Positions 17,681 to 27,080 are shown, counted from the stretch's first letter. The stretch is 64,000 bases of DNA from Deltaproteobacteria bacterium (GCA_038133845.1 JAYPUA010000002.1:61912-125911); one strand, 5' to 3'. Made by a program: numbers and translations. Notes: generated from the sequence alone by a model not told the origin.

Positions 17681-19264
17681 TCAGGGCTGCGACTCCCAGT
17701 AGACCTCATCCATCGGAGCCATGGTGCCCCAGATGGTGGTCGGGAGGTTGCGCAGGTTTTTGTGGTAGACCGTGTGGTACGGCAGGATGTTGATCCAGGC
17801 AACCGGAAGCTCGTCGGCAACGATCTGCTGGAACTCCTTGTAGAGCGCCTTGCGCTTGTTCATGTCGCTTTCCACAGCCGCCTGGCTGAGCAACTCATCC
17901 ACACGAGGATTGCTGTAGCTCTGGGTGTTCGACCAGATCACTCCCTTGCGGATGTTGCTGGAAATGTAGGTCCGGTGCACCCCAATGACCGGGTCCCCCC
18001 AGTTGAAGACAATGTCCATGCTCAGGTCAAAGTCGTGCCCGCCCACGCGCTTGGCCCAGGTCGGGAAGTCCGGAGAGGCGCGCAACTCGGCATTGATCCC
18101 AATCTTACGGAGTTGAGTCTTGACGTACTCGGCGACGTTCTTCTGCTGCTCGTCACTTCCCGGAATGTAATCGATCTGCAGCGAGAAGCGCATGCCATCG
18201 CCTTTCTTCTGCAGGCCTGCCTGATCCAGCAGGCTCTCAGCCTTCTTCAGGTCGACGTCGTATTTCTCCACATCTGCGGTGGCGTACGGGCTGTCCGGAT
18301 GAATCGGCCCGTAGATGCGGGTGGAAAATCCGCGATGGAGCGCCTTGGTGATGAAGTTGCGATCGACAGCATAGGAGATCGCCTGCCGGACGCGCTTGTC
18401 ATCGAACGGTTTCTTGGCGTGGTTGAACGCCAGCCAGTTCAAAGCCCCCACAGCCGCGTACCCATCAACCGTGGCCTCCAGGTGCGACTGCTTCTTCATC
18501 CGCTCAATGTCACGGACCGAGGCAGAAAACGGCCAGAGGTGCGCTTCCTGACGCTCCATGGAGAGCACGAGGCTGCTGGTGTCGCGGTTGATCCGGATGA
18601 TGATCTCGTCCAGGTAAGGCTTCCCCTGCATGAAGTAGTTCTCGTTGCGAGCGAGCCGAATGTACTCTCCGGGCTTCATCTCCACAAACTTGAACGGTCC
18701 AGAGCCTACCGGGTCCGCATTGCGCGGGTGCCCCTTGGGATCCTGGCCATCTCCATAGATGTGCTTGGGAATGACCGGAAGCAGCGCGGAGGACATGGCC
18801 AGCAGAATGGCCGGATGCGGCCTCTCCAGACGAATCACCGCGGTGTGGGTATCCGGTGTATCCACAGCGCTCACTGGAGCAAACATGGTCTGGAACGGGT
18901 GGTTCTGCTTGACCGTCATCAGAGAAAACGCCAAGTCTTCCGAGGTCACAGGCTTGCCGTCGTGAAAAGTCGCCTGCTTGTTCAGGTGGAGCGTCACACT
19001 CATGCCGTCGGCTGCAACCTCCCAGCGCTCGGCGAGGTAGGGCTGCGGGTTCCAGTTCTCATCATAGCGCAGAGGAGAGGCGAAGATCTGTGTCCCCGGA
19101 ACGGCTGTGGCAATGCCCGACTGCACAGCCGGGTTCAGATGTCGGGGGACCTGAGTCGACGCGATGATCAGAGTTCCTCCGGACTTCGGAGCCGCGCTCA
19201 AGCTTGCGGCAATCAGGGTCGAGGCAAGAACGCCTCCCAAAGCTTTTGAAAAGATTTTCAACAT
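17681..19264 (-). CDS. ABC transporter substrate-binding protein, family 5 (peptide/nickel)
   Basis: Start re-picked to MLKIFSKALGGVLASTLIAASLSAAP (signal peptide) at 19264, preceded by GGAGG; family-5 SBP length and motifs. Confidence 0.85.
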   Translation of the reverse strand: MLKIFSKALGGVLASTLIAASLSAAPKSGGTLIIASTQVPRHLNPAVQSGIATAVPGTQIFASPLRYDENWNPQPYLAERWEVAADGMSVTLHLNKQATFHDGKPVTSEDLAFSLMTVKQNHPFQTMFAPVSAVDTPDTHTAVIRLERPHPAILLAMSSALLPVIPKHIYGDGQDPKGHPRNADPVGSGPFKFVEMKPGEYIRLARNENYFMQGKPYLDEIIIRINRDTSSLVLSMERQEAHLWPFSASVRDIERMKKQSHLEATVDGYAAVGALNWLAFNHAKKPFDDKRVRQAISYAVDRNFITKALHRGFSTRIYGPIHPDSPYATADVEKYDVDLKKAESLLDQAGLQKKGDGMRFSLQIDYIPGSDEQQKNVAEYVKTQLRKIGINAELRASPDFPTWAKRVGGHDFDLSMDIVFNWGDPVIGVHRTYISSNIRKGVIWSNTQSYSNPRVDELLSQAAVESDMNKRKALYKEFQQIVADELPVAWINILPYHTVYHKNLRNLPTTIWGTMAPMDEVYWESQP

Positions 19265-19363
19265 GCCTAACCTCCAAATTCGGTGAAGAGTGGTCAAAAA
19301 ACGACCTCTTTGTAGTCCAAAGAATTACGGAAGTCGAGACAGAAAGTCTCAAATTTTCAATTT

Positions 19364-19397
19364 TTTGTCCGAAAACAGGAGGAGATTTGTCCGAAAA
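19364..19397. promoter_or_regulatory. direct repeat TTTGTCCGAAAA x2 (22-bp spacing) upstream of the importer operon
   Basis: tttgtccgaaaa at 19364-19375 and 19386-19397, about 100 bp upstream of the SBP start codon. Confidence 0.35.
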
Positions 19398-19417
19398 ACG
19401 ACTTTCTGGAAGGCAAG

Positions 19418-19449
19418 CTGACTCCCAGGCGGTTGCTGCAGGGAGTCAG
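19418..19449 (-). terminator. stem-loop immediately downstream of the helicase stop
   Basis: ctgactccc aggcggttgctgca gggagtcag: 9-bp perfect stem; begins 15 nt after helicase stop (19464); no U-run. Confidence 0.4.
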
Positions 19450-19463
19450 TGGTTCTCAGCAGC

Positions 19464-20882
19464 TTAGGCTGCTTTGGGCGCGCGAGGAGGGCGGTTGCCA
19501 GTGTCCTTGGGAGGAGCGGATTTCTTGCGGTGACGCTGAGCCGAGAGGGAATCCTTCTGCCAGAGCGTGCGCTGCTTTCTGCGTCGTGGACGTGGTTCCG
19601 GAGAGAGTTCTCCGAAAGTCTCAGAAACCGGTGCCTCTGCTCCGTGCACGGCCTTCAGGTGCGCAGGGCGCGGCCTTTTTCCTGCTCCTCGGCCTTCTTG
19701 GGATGCCGGCTTGGGCGCAGCCAGTTTCCCTTCGGAAGCCGCGCTGCGGACCTGGCTCTTGTCCCATTCCTGAATTGGGAGCTTCTGGCGCAGGGTGCGC
19801 TCGATCGCCTTGAGCTTGCTGCGCTCCTCAGGAGAGCAGAGAGACACCGCGATGCCTTCGGCTCCACCACGAGCGGTCCTTCCAATACGGTGGACGTAGC
19901 TTTCCGGCTCATCCGGAAGCTCAAAGTTGAACACATGAGACACCTGGTCGATGTCGATTCCTCGGGAAGCAACGTCTGTGGCGACAAGCACCTGGAGGCG
20001 TCCGCGACTGAAGTTCTTCAGCGCTTTCTGACGAGCACTCTGGGTACGGTTTCCATGGATCGCGTCTGCGGTAATTCCCTTCTTCTGAAGCATCAGGGCC
20101 AGGCGCTGAGCCCCCACCTTGGTCCGGGTAAAGACCAGGCTTCGGGTGACGGCGTTGTCAGAGAGCAGGTTGTGCAGCAGGTCGCGCTTGTGCTCCCGGG
20201 GAACAAAGTAGAGCCGCTGGTCGATGCGCTCCACCGGAGTGGATTCCGGAGTCACCTCCACCCGCACAGGATCGCGGAGCAGATCGCCCGTAAGCTGAAC
20301 GATCGGAGCCGGCATCGTGGCCGAGAACAACATCGTCTGCCGCTCTTTGGGAAGCTGCCGGATCAAGTTGCGGATGGTGGGCAAAAACCCCATGTCGAGC
20401 ATTCGGTCAGCTTCGTCAAGTACCAGAAAGCGTACCGACGCCAGCGTGAGGTGTTGCTGCTCCAGGTGGTCCATCAACCTTCCGGGGGTGGCCACCAGAA
20501 TGTCGACCCCTTGCTGAAGCGCCCGGGTTTGACCAAAAATCCGGACTCCTCCAAAAATCGCCAAGGTCTTCAGGTGCGTGTGGCGTCCGTAGCTGCTCAA
20601 GGAGGATTGAACCTGAACAGCCAGTTCTCGAGTCGGAACCAAGATCAGGGCCTGAGGCATCCCCGGGCGACGCTTGACAGGGTTTGACAGCAGATTCTGC
20701 AACAGCGGCAGGGAAAATGCCGCGGTCTTTCCGGTTCCAGTTTGGGCAATACCCAGCAGGTCCTGGTGGTTCAGCAGAGTCGGGATGGCCTGCTGCTGAA
20801 TCGGGGTGGGGGTCTGGTAATGATTTTCCTCCAGCGCCTTCTGCAGAGCAGGCAACAGCTGGAGGTCAGTGAATGAAAGCAT
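19464..20882 (-). CDS. DEAD-box ATP-dependent RNA helicase (RhlE-like) with basic C-terminal tail
   Basis: Start re-picked to MLSFTDLQL; Q-motif TPTPIQQQAIP, motif I AQTGTGKT, DEAD (VLDEADRM), SAT, HRIGRTAR; Arg/Lys-rich C-terminus. Confidence 0.85.
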   Translation of the reverse strand: MLSFTDLQLLPALQKALEENHYQTPTPIQQQAIPTLLNHQDLLGIAQTGTGKTAAFSLPLLQNLLSNPVKRRPGMPQALILVPTRELAVQVQSSLSSYGRHTHLKTLAIFGGVRIFGQTRALQQGVDILVATPGRLMDHLEQQHLTLASVRFLVLDEADRMLDMGFLPTIRNLIRQLPKERQTMLFSATMPAPIVQLTGDLLRDPVRVEVTPESTPVERIDQRLYFVPREHKRDLLHNLLSDNAVTRSLVFTRTKVGAQRLALMLQKKGITADAIHGNRTQSARQKALKNFSRGRLQVLVATDVASRGIDIDQVSHVFNFELPDEPESYVHRIGRTARGGAEGIAVSLCSPEERSKLKAIERTLRQKLPIQEWDKSQVRSAASEGKLAAPKPASQEGRGAGKRPRPAHLKAVHGAEAPVSETFGELSPEPRPRRRKQRTLWQKDSLSAQRHRKKSAPPKDTGNRPPRAPKAA

Positions 20883-21114
20883 AGTTTTCAAAACAGGATG
20901 TGACGGTTTCCATGCCACTCCGAAGACCAAAGGCATCGGAATCGTCACAATAACGAGGCAAGGATGAACCAGAGAGGCAAAGCGCGGTCGCGTTGCCGGA
21001 AAGCTCTCAGGAACGAGCCAGAGCCGACTCTTGAAGGAGTTGTGGGGGCAATGTTATGAAAGCGATCTCAGAGTATCTCAGGAGTCTGCATCAGACACAA
21101 GCTGAATTCCGAGA

Positions 21115-21143
21115 CAGGCCCCTGAAAGCTTTCAGCTGGCCTG
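21115..21143 (-). terminator. palindromic hairpin spanning the aspS stop codon
   Basis: caggcc agctgaaagctttcag gggcctg: inner perfect palindrome CTGAAAGCTTTCAG plus outer GC stem. Confidence 0.35.
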
Positions 21144-22916
21144 CGCCGAGGCCTTGACTCGGATGTGAAGTTCGTCCAGCTGTGACGTCTCCACTTCGGA
21201 GGGAGCATCGGTCATCAGGCAAGAGGCTCGCTGGGTTTTCGGGAAAGCGATCACGTCCCGGATCGAGTCGGTTTTCAGGAGGAACATCATGATGCGGTCG
21301 AACCCGAGGGCGATTCCTCCGTGAGGCGGGGCTCCGTAGGAGAGCGCCCTCATGAGGAACCCGAACTTCGTCTCAATCTCCTCATCGCTCAACTGGAGCA
21401 GTTGGAAGACCCGGTTTTGGATGTCCTGCCGGTGGATCCGGATGCTGCCGCCTCCGACCTCCACTCCGTTCAGGGCCACGTCGTAGGCCACAGAGCGGAT
21501 TTTTCCGGGGTCGCTTTCGGCATGTTGCTTCAGGTCGTCCAGGTTAGGCATGGTGAACGGATGGTGGGTGGAAGCCCAGCGCTGGTCGGTCTCGCTGTAC
21601 TCGAAGAGCGGAAAGTCCGTGATCCAGACAAACTTGTAGACGCTGTCGTCAACCAGACCGCGTCGGCGAGCAAGCTCCTTGCGCAAATTCCCCAAAGTGT
21701 CGTGGACGACCTTGGGCGTGTCTGCACAGAAGAGGACCAGGTCTCCGACGTTGAGCCCAACGCGGTCATTGAGTTGATCCTGAAGTTCTGCGCTGAAGAA
21801 CTTGGCAATTGGCGACTGCCAGCCGTCCGGGTTCCGCTTGATCCAGGCCATGCCCTTGGCTCCGTAAATTCGGGCAAAGTCCGTAAGGTCGTCCAGGTCC
21901 TTGCGGGAGAAGTCACTTCCTCCGGGAACGCAGATGGCCTTGACCAGCCCACCTTTGGCGATCACCTCGCCGAACACCTTCAGTTCGCTCTGGGCAGCAA
22001 TGTCGGAGACATCCTGCAGCTCCAGCCCGAAGCGCAGATCCGGAGCATCGGAGCCGAAGCGATCCATGGCCTCCTGGTAGCTCATGCGTGGGAAGGGGGT
22101 GGGGACCTCGACTTCGATGGTCTCCCGGAAGAGCCGAGCGAACATTCCTTCGATGATGCCGAAAATTTCCTCCGGGCGAGTGAAGCTCAACTCCAGGTCG
22201 ATTTGTGTGAACTCGGGCTGCCGGTTCCCACGCAGGTCCTCGTCACGAAAGCAGCGGGCGATCTGAATGTAGCGGTCAAAGCCGCTGACCATCAGCAACT
22301 GCTTGAACAACTGGGGAGACTGTGGCAGCGCGTAAAACATCCCCGGACTCACACGAGACGGGACCAGGTAGTCCCGCGCTCCTTCCGGAGTCGACTTGGT
22401 CAGGATCGGGGTCTCGACTTCAAAGAACCGCTGCTCACTCGTGAAGTAGTTCCGGACAATCTGCATCGCCTGTGAGCGGAGCATCAGGTTCTGCTGAAGC
22501 GACTCGTGGCGCAGATCAAGGAAGCGGTAGGTCAGTCGAATCTTTTCGTCCACCTCGTCCCGGTCTTCCAGCTGATAAGGCAGCGTCTGCGAGGGGTTGA
22601 GGAGCTCCAGCGTGTCCACAAGCACCTCGATCTCTCCGGTGGGCAGCTTCGGGTTGATGTTTCCCTCCAGGCGATGAGCCACCGTTCCGCTGACGGCCAA
22701 AACAAACTCGTTGCGGATGCGGTCGGCCTCCTGATGAGCGTCTGCGCTGATCTCCATCTTGAACACCACCTGGGTGATTCCGGTATAGTCCCGAAGATCG
22801 ACAAAGATCACGCCTCCGTGATCGCGACGGGTCTGACACCACCCGGCCAAGATGACTTTGTCACCAACATTTGCCGCTCTCAAATCTCCGCAGTAGTGCG
22901 TTCTCACCCAGTCCAT
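21132..22916 (-). CDS. aspS: aspartate--tRNA ligase
   Basis: 594 aa; class II aaRS motifs ([22 protein letters not shown]), N-terminal OB anticodon-binding domain. Confidence 0.95.
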   Translation of the reverse strand: MDWVRTHYCGDLRAANVGDKVILAGWCQTRRDHGGVIFVDLRDYTGITQVVFKMEISADAHQEADRIRNEFVLAVSGTVAHRLEGNINPKLPTGEIEVLVDTLELLNPSQTLPYQLEDRDEVDEKIRLTYRFLDLRHESLQQNLMLRSQAMQIVRNYFTSEQRFFEVETPILTKSTPEGARDYLVPSRVSPGMFYALPQSPQLFKQLLMVSGFDRYIQIARCFRDEDLRGNRQPEFTQIDLELSFTRPEEIFGIIEGMFARLFRETIEVEVPTPFPRMSYQEAMDRFGSDAPDLRFGLELQDVSDIAAQSELKVFGEVIAKGGLVKAICVPGGSDFSRKDLDDLTDFARIYGAKGMAWIKRNPDGWQSPIAKFFSAELQDQLNDRVGLNVGDLVLFCADTPKVVHDTLGNLRKELARRRGLVDDSVYKFVWITDFPLFEYSETDQRWASTHHPFTMPNLDDLKQHAESDPGKIRSVAYDVALNGVEVGGGSIRIHRQDIQNRVFQLLQLSDEEIETKFGFLMRALSYGAPPHGGIALGFDRIMMFLLKTDSIRDVIAFPKTQRASCLMTDAPSEVETSQLDELHIRVKASAQAS

Positions 22917-22968
22917 GTTATTGCTGTTGTTTCAGATTTTCTCAAAAATACTGCCCAATGCAGAGGCC

Positions 22969-24165
22969 ATGAAAAACGTACAAACCTATCACATCATCTC
23001 GTTGTGCAACAAGGCAATTCTCCGGAAGGCCGGTGGGGTGCTTCGATCGGCAGCCTTCCTCGTTCTGTTCACCCCAGGCCTGCATGCTGTGGAAGGTCCA
23101 ACGCCACAGCAGGTCGCCGTGATGCAGGAGGAGCATCGGACCATGGGCGACTTGCGACATCGCCTGCGCTGGCTGCTTGAGCAGCAGGAGCAGGAAGACA
23201 CGCTGGGCGAGAGCGATGACGCCTTTCAGGATCTGCAGACTCTGGAGCAGTGGCTTGAGGAGTTGCGTCAAAACCCGGATGAAGAACTCAAGGATCAGGT
23301 GATGGAGATGCTCGCGGAGTTCGAGCAACAGCTTCAGGAGATGCTCCAGCAGCAGGAGGACCTTGCGGCGTTCCTGCCCCAGCCCCCTCAAGAGGCAGAA
23401 ACGCCTCAACTGCCCGTTGATTCACTCATGGAAGCTCTCAAGCAGCTGCTGGAGGAGAACCGGATTCAGGAGGCTCAGGAGTTGCTCAATCAGATGCTCT
23501 CGGCTCTGAACCAGCAACAGCAACAGCTCCAGCAACAGCTCCAGCAACACTATGAGGAGCGCTTCTCCGAGGCACAACGCCAACTGCAGGAACTCCAGCG
23601 TCAGCTCCAGCAGGCCATGCAGCAACAGCAGCAGGTCCAGCAGCAGCTCCAGCCTCATGCCGATCAGCAGAGCATGCCGCCGCAGGAACGCATGAGCGCC
23701 GAGGAACTGCAGCAGCGCATCAGTGAGATGATTCGGCAAATGCAGGAGATGCTGGCCAACCTCGACAGCAAACAGATGCTTGCGGGGTCTCAATCTGCAG
23801 AGTCGCTGATGCAGCAAGGGAGAGAATCATCCGAGCAGACCCAACAGTCGATCGGGCAGGGCCCCCCCGGAGAGGCGATGCAGGGAGCCAACCAGACTCA
23901 GCAGACTCTGGGACAGTTGCAGCAGAGCCTCTCGCAAATGCAACAGCAGGCTCAGCAGATGTCACGGCCGAACCTGGCTTCGCGAGCACGAAGGGAGACG
24001 CGAGAAGGGAGAGGGTATTGGTCTGAGAAAGGGATTCGGCCGCTGAAGTTCGATTACGATTTTGAGGCGAATCCGAGTTTCCGGGAGGAAATCATGAAGC
24101 GCAACCAGCAGGGCGGAGAAGGCACCCTGCGTCAGCAACGCTACTTGGAGGAGATCATCAAGTAG
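22969..24165 (+). CDS. Gln-rich low-complexity coiled-coil protein with N-terminal signal-like segment (hypothetical)
   Basis: Uninterrupted 416-codon frame; start chosen at MKNVQTYH (22969) because the ATG at 22915 overlaps the aspS start on the other strand; N-terminal RSAAFLVLFTPGLHAVEG hydrophobic stretch, then QQQLQQQLQQ repeats; AT-rich 5' end. Confidence 0.5.
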   Translation: MKNVQTYHIISLCNKAILRKAGGVLRSAAFLVLFTPGLHAVEGPTPQQVAVMQEEHRTMGDLRHRLRWLLEQQEQEDTLGESDDAFQDLQTLEQWLEELRQNPDEELKDQVMEMLAEFEQQLQEMLQQQEDLAAFLPQPPQEAETPQLPVDSLMEALKQLLEENRIQEAQELLNQMLSALNQQQQQLQQQLQQHYEERFSEAQRQLQELQRQLQQAMQQQQQVQQQLQPHADQQSMPPQERMSAEELQQRISEMIRQMQEMLANLDSKQMLAGSQSAESLMQQGRESSEQTQQSIGQGPPGEAMQGANQTQQTLGQLQQSLSQMQQQAQQMSRPNLASRARRETREGRGYWSEKGIRPLKFDYDFEANPSFREEIMKRNQQGGEGTLRQQRYLEEIIK

Positions 24166-24166
24166 G

Positions 24167-24463
24167 TCAGACCTGCATGCGCATGACCTCTTCGTAGGCA
24201 GAGACGAGCTTGTTGCGAACCTGCAACATCAACCGCATCGAGATGTCTGCTTTCTCCAACGCGATCATGGTGCCGTGAATGTCCTTGTTCGGTGAGGTCA
24301 TCAACTCGACCTTCTTGGCTTCGGCGTCCAGCTGCTGCTGATTGACCGAGTCCAGCATCTGGGCAAAGGACCCATACAGTCCGGAGTCCGCCGGATTGGA
24401 AGGTTGAGCGTCAGTGCGGTTCAACGCCTGAAGCGCGTTGGGGGTCACCTTGGGGACGTTCAT
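24167..24463 (-). CDS. fliE: flagellar hook-basal body complex protein FliE
   Basis: 98 aa; C-terminus LMLQVRNKLVSAYEEVMRMQV matches the conserved FliE C-terminus (IQVRNKLVAAYQEVMSMQV in E. coli). Confidence 0.8.
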   Translation of the reverse strand: MNVPKVTPNALQALNRTDAQPSNPADSGLYGSFAQMLDSVNQQQLDAEAKKVELMTSPNKDIHGTMIALEKADISMRLMLQVRNKLVSAYEEVMRMQV

Positions 24464-24492
24464 GAGGACAACTCTATCAAATCAGGTGGTGT

Positions 24493-24738
24493 TCAGGAGC
24501 GGTTTTTCTCCGCTCGCATCTGCTCGTAGAGGGACACCAAGTGCTCTTTGGCTCCCATCAGTTGGTGGTGCATTCCCCGGAGTTGCTCGGCGCTTTCCAG
24601 GATCTGTTCCGGATCGCTCGGCAGATTGTTCAGGGCCTGCCCCATTTGCACAGAGAGATGCGACATCTGCGCCAGAGTGTGATGCAAGGTTTCCGAATCC
24701 TTGGAAACCGAGGGAATGGATTGCATGAATGCCTCCAT
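24493..24738 (-). CDS. hypothetical small helical protein inserted between flgC and fliE
   Basis: 81 aa ORF in the 300-bp gap of an otherwise contiguous flgB-flgC-fliE set; no recognisable motif. Confidence 0.45.
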   Translation of the reverse strand: MEAFMQSIPSVSKDSETLHHTLAQMSHLSVQMGQALNNLPSDPEQILESAEQLRGMHHQLMGAKEHLVSLYEQMRAEKNRS

Positions 24739-24788
24739 GGCTTCAAGTGACGATGCCTCCTTGGCGTGCCACTGAAGAGTTCAGAAAA

Positions 24789-25235
24789 TCAGCCTCGCCC
24801 CAGGTCCAGAGCAGCTTCTGCCATTTTCTTGGACGCGTTAAACGCCGCAGTGTTTGCCTCATACGCCCGGGAGGCCATCATCATGTTGACCATCTCCTCC
24901 ATCACGTTGATGTTCGGCATGGCCACGTAGCCTTCCTCATTGGCATCCGGATGTCCCGGCTCATAGCGCAAGATCGGTGGGCGGCTGTCCTGCGTGATGC
25001 CGACCACCTTGACCTCCGTCGTCGTACTTGGTGATCGATCCTGAGCGCGCAACTCCTCTTCAAAGGTCCGGTCATTTGCCACCGCAGCCATCACGACTTC
25101 CCGCCGGCGATACGGCCCACCTTCCGGAGTTCGGGTGGTCTGGGCGTTGGCGATGTTTTCCGAAATCGTGTTGATGCGCTGACGTTGCGCCGTCATTCCG
25201 GAGACGCTAGCGTTCAAGGAGTTGAGAAAGCTCAT
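24789..25235 (-). CDS. flgC: flagellar basal-body rod protein FlgC
   Basis: 148 aa; N-terminal SENIANAQTTRTPEGGPYRR and C-terminal NINVMEEMVNMMMASRAYEAN rod-protein motifs. Confidence 0.9.
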   Translation of the reverse strand: MSFLNSLNASVSGMTAQRQRINTISENIANAQTTRTPEGGPYRRREVVMAAVANDRTFEEELRAQDRSPSTTTEVKVVGITQDSRPPILRYEPGHPDANEEGYVAMPNINVMEEMVNMMMASRAYEANTAAFNASKKMAEAALDLGRG

Positions 25236-25648
25236 TATCGACCTTCAGTGATGGCGGTTTTCAGCATGCGGAACTCGTGCTGCAGCATCCGCAAGGAGGC
25301 GTTGTACATCATCTGGTTTTCGGCGATCTTGGCCATTTCCCGATCCAGATCCACCGTGTTTCCATTCTCGCTGGGATTCGGGTTCGCGCTACGGATGCGC
25401 TGAGCTTGTGCCAACTCCAGAGGAGGAGCGGTCTTGCCGTCCAGATGGCGTGGGTTGTTGGTCTTGAGCGGACCTGGTTGATCGGCATTCATTGCTGCAG
25501 CCAGGGTGCTCTCGAACACCATGTCCTCGGCCTGATAGCCGGGGGTGCTCATGTTCGCCACGTTGGAAGACAGCAGATCGTGGCGCTTGCTCCGGAAGTC
25601 CAGCGACTTCTGGGCGAGTGTTGTGGTTTTGGTGTAAATGCCTGCCAT
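25235..25648 (-). CDS. flgB: flagellar basal-body rod protein FlgB
   Basis: Start re-picked to MAGIYTKTT (SD GGAGAG upstream); SSNVANMSTPGYQAED and C-terminal NASLRML motifs; stop overlaps flgC start. Confidence 0.85.
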   Translation of the reverse strand: MAGIYTKTTTLAQKSLDFRSKRHDLLSSNVANMSTPGYQAEDMVFESTLAAAMNADQPGPLKTNNPRHLDGKTAPPLELAQAQRIRSANPNPSENGNTVDLDREMAKIAENQMMYNASLRMLQHEFRMLKTAITEGR

Positions 25649-25760
25649 ATTCTCTCCTGAATTTGGGAGGTGCATGTGTCTTATGGAAGACAAATGCAAA
25701 CCTAGGGCCACAGGAGATTTTTTGGAGGCTGAGGAGAGGGGGGTAAAGAAAAAGGAGAGG

Positions 25761-27080
25761 CTACTTGCCGTACTTCATCACTTTGGAGCTCAGGCCATTT
25801 CCGCCAACCAAGTAGAGCGAGTTGTTCAGGAGCAGCAGACCTCCTCCGTACACCGGGGCTTGATTCTGATTTACGTTATCATTAGTTCCTGGAGTCCATG
25901 ACGCGCCGTCGGAAGAGGTCCAGAAGGTCAGGTGGGTCTCGCTTCCTCCCGTATTTCCACTGACGAGCCAGAGCTTGCTTTCAAAAACGTTGAGTTGTTG
26001 CAGAGAGCGTGCTGGCCAGGCCGCAGAGTTGGTTGCCGCGGTCCAAGTGATCCCATCGCTCGAACTCCAGACATCCTGGTACTTCTGGCTCGAATCTTCT
26101 CCGCCTAAGAGCCAGAGCTTGTTTTGAAAGGCAACTGACGAGTGGTTGGCTCTAGCGTTCCAAGAGGCACTTGAGGTAACAAGAGCCCAAGTGATCCCAT
26201 CGCTCGAGCTCCAGACATCCCGTTGATATCCTCCGGCTGTACTCCCTCCGAGCACCCAGAGCTTGTCGTCGAAGGCAACTACAGCGTGTCCATACCGTTG
26301 AGTAAAGCCGTTGGCTGCACCATCGGCGCGCTCTTGTTTCCAAGACGCCCCGTCATAAGACCAGACGTCGTTATAAAGTGATGAACCAAGTCCTCCCAAG
26401 ATCCAGAGCTTCCCCTGAAAAACTGTTGCGGCAAGTCCAGAGCGTGCGGCCCAACCCGCGGTAGGAGTCACGCTACTCCAACTTGCCCCGTTTGAAGACT
26501 TCAGAACCGCATTAGTCAATGACCCGGTATCTCCACCCAAAACATATAAATTTCCTTGAAAGACGGCGCTGGCGTGGCCTTCGCGATCTGTGAGGCCTGA
26601 TGTGGTGACGTTGCTCCAGGCACACCCTGAAGTGCAGAGTTCCTCGGTGGTAAACGAGACGACTTTCTCTGTCGAGAGCGTCGCACCTCCGTAAGCGGTG
26701 GTGGAGGTAGTGGCCTTGAGCTGGTAGCTGGTCTTGGAGGTCAAGGACCGGCTGGGATCCAGGGTGAAGAGAGTTCGGGTGGTATCAGCGGAGCGGACCA
26801 GTGGTTCGCAGGTGGTGAAGCCGTCTTTGGAAAGCTGGAGGGCTCCGGTGCACGCATCAGTGGTGGTGACCTTGGTCTTGCTGGTGTCCACCCCCTGATT
26901 GAAGGTGATCGTCAAATTGTCAGTGACCTTGAATCCGGTGGCATTGTTCGCCGGACTGGTGGCCTCCACCTCCAGCGTTTCCGGAGCGGTGTAGGGGTCC
27001 TTGGGATCATCGTTCAGCGGAACTCCACAGGAGGAGAGGAGCCCGATGCAGCAGCCAAGAAGGATGAGGCGTCTGAACAT
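25761..27080 (-). CDS. Kelch-repeat beta-propeller lipoprotein with N-terminal Ig-like domain
   Basis: Signal peptide with lipobox (LLSSCG); six repeats of the type ..L(Y/W)(V/I/L)LGG...DVWSS.DG..W; start at 27080 (alternative ATG at 27125 would overlap the upstream gene). Confidence 0.7.
   Translation of the reverse strand: MFRRLILLGCCIGLLSSCGVPLNDDPKDPYTAPETLEVEATSPANNATGFKVTDNLTITFNQGVDTSKTKVTTTDACTGALQLSKDGFTTCEPLVRSADTTRTLFTLDPSRSLTSKTSYQLKATTSTTAYGGATLSTEKVVSFTTEELCTSGCAWSNVTTSGLTDREGHASAVFQGNLYVLGGDTGSLTNAVLKSSNGASWSSVTPTAGWAARSGLAATVFQGKLWILGGLGSSLYNDVWSYDGASWKQERADGAANGFTQRYGHAVVAFDDKLWVLGGSTAGGYQRDVWSSSDGITWALVTSSASWNARANHSSVAFQNKLWLLGGEDSSQKYQDVWSSSDGITWTAATNSAAWPARSLQQLNVFESKLWLVSGNTGGSETHLTFWTSSDGASWTPGTNDNVNQNQAPVYGGGLLLLNNSLYLVGGNGLSSKVMKYGK

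Noticed and set aside
17762-19249. 495-aa plus-strand ORF
   Set aside because: Antisense to the family-5 SBP gene.
19449-20687. 412-aa plus-strand ORF
   Set aside because: Antisense to the DEAD-box helicase.
21321-22475. 384-aa plus-strand ORF
   Set aside because: Antisense to aspS.
22915-22968. ATG at 22915 as start of the Gln-rich protein
   Set aside because: It overlaps the aspS initiation codon on the opposite strand; the ATG at 22969 leaves room for divergent promoters.
22942-23989. Leu-rich minus-strand ORFs (155, 131 and 89 aa) inside the Gln-rich gene
   Set aside because: CTG-repeat antisense of the CAG-rich coding strand; fragmented by stops whereas the plus frame is uninterrupted.
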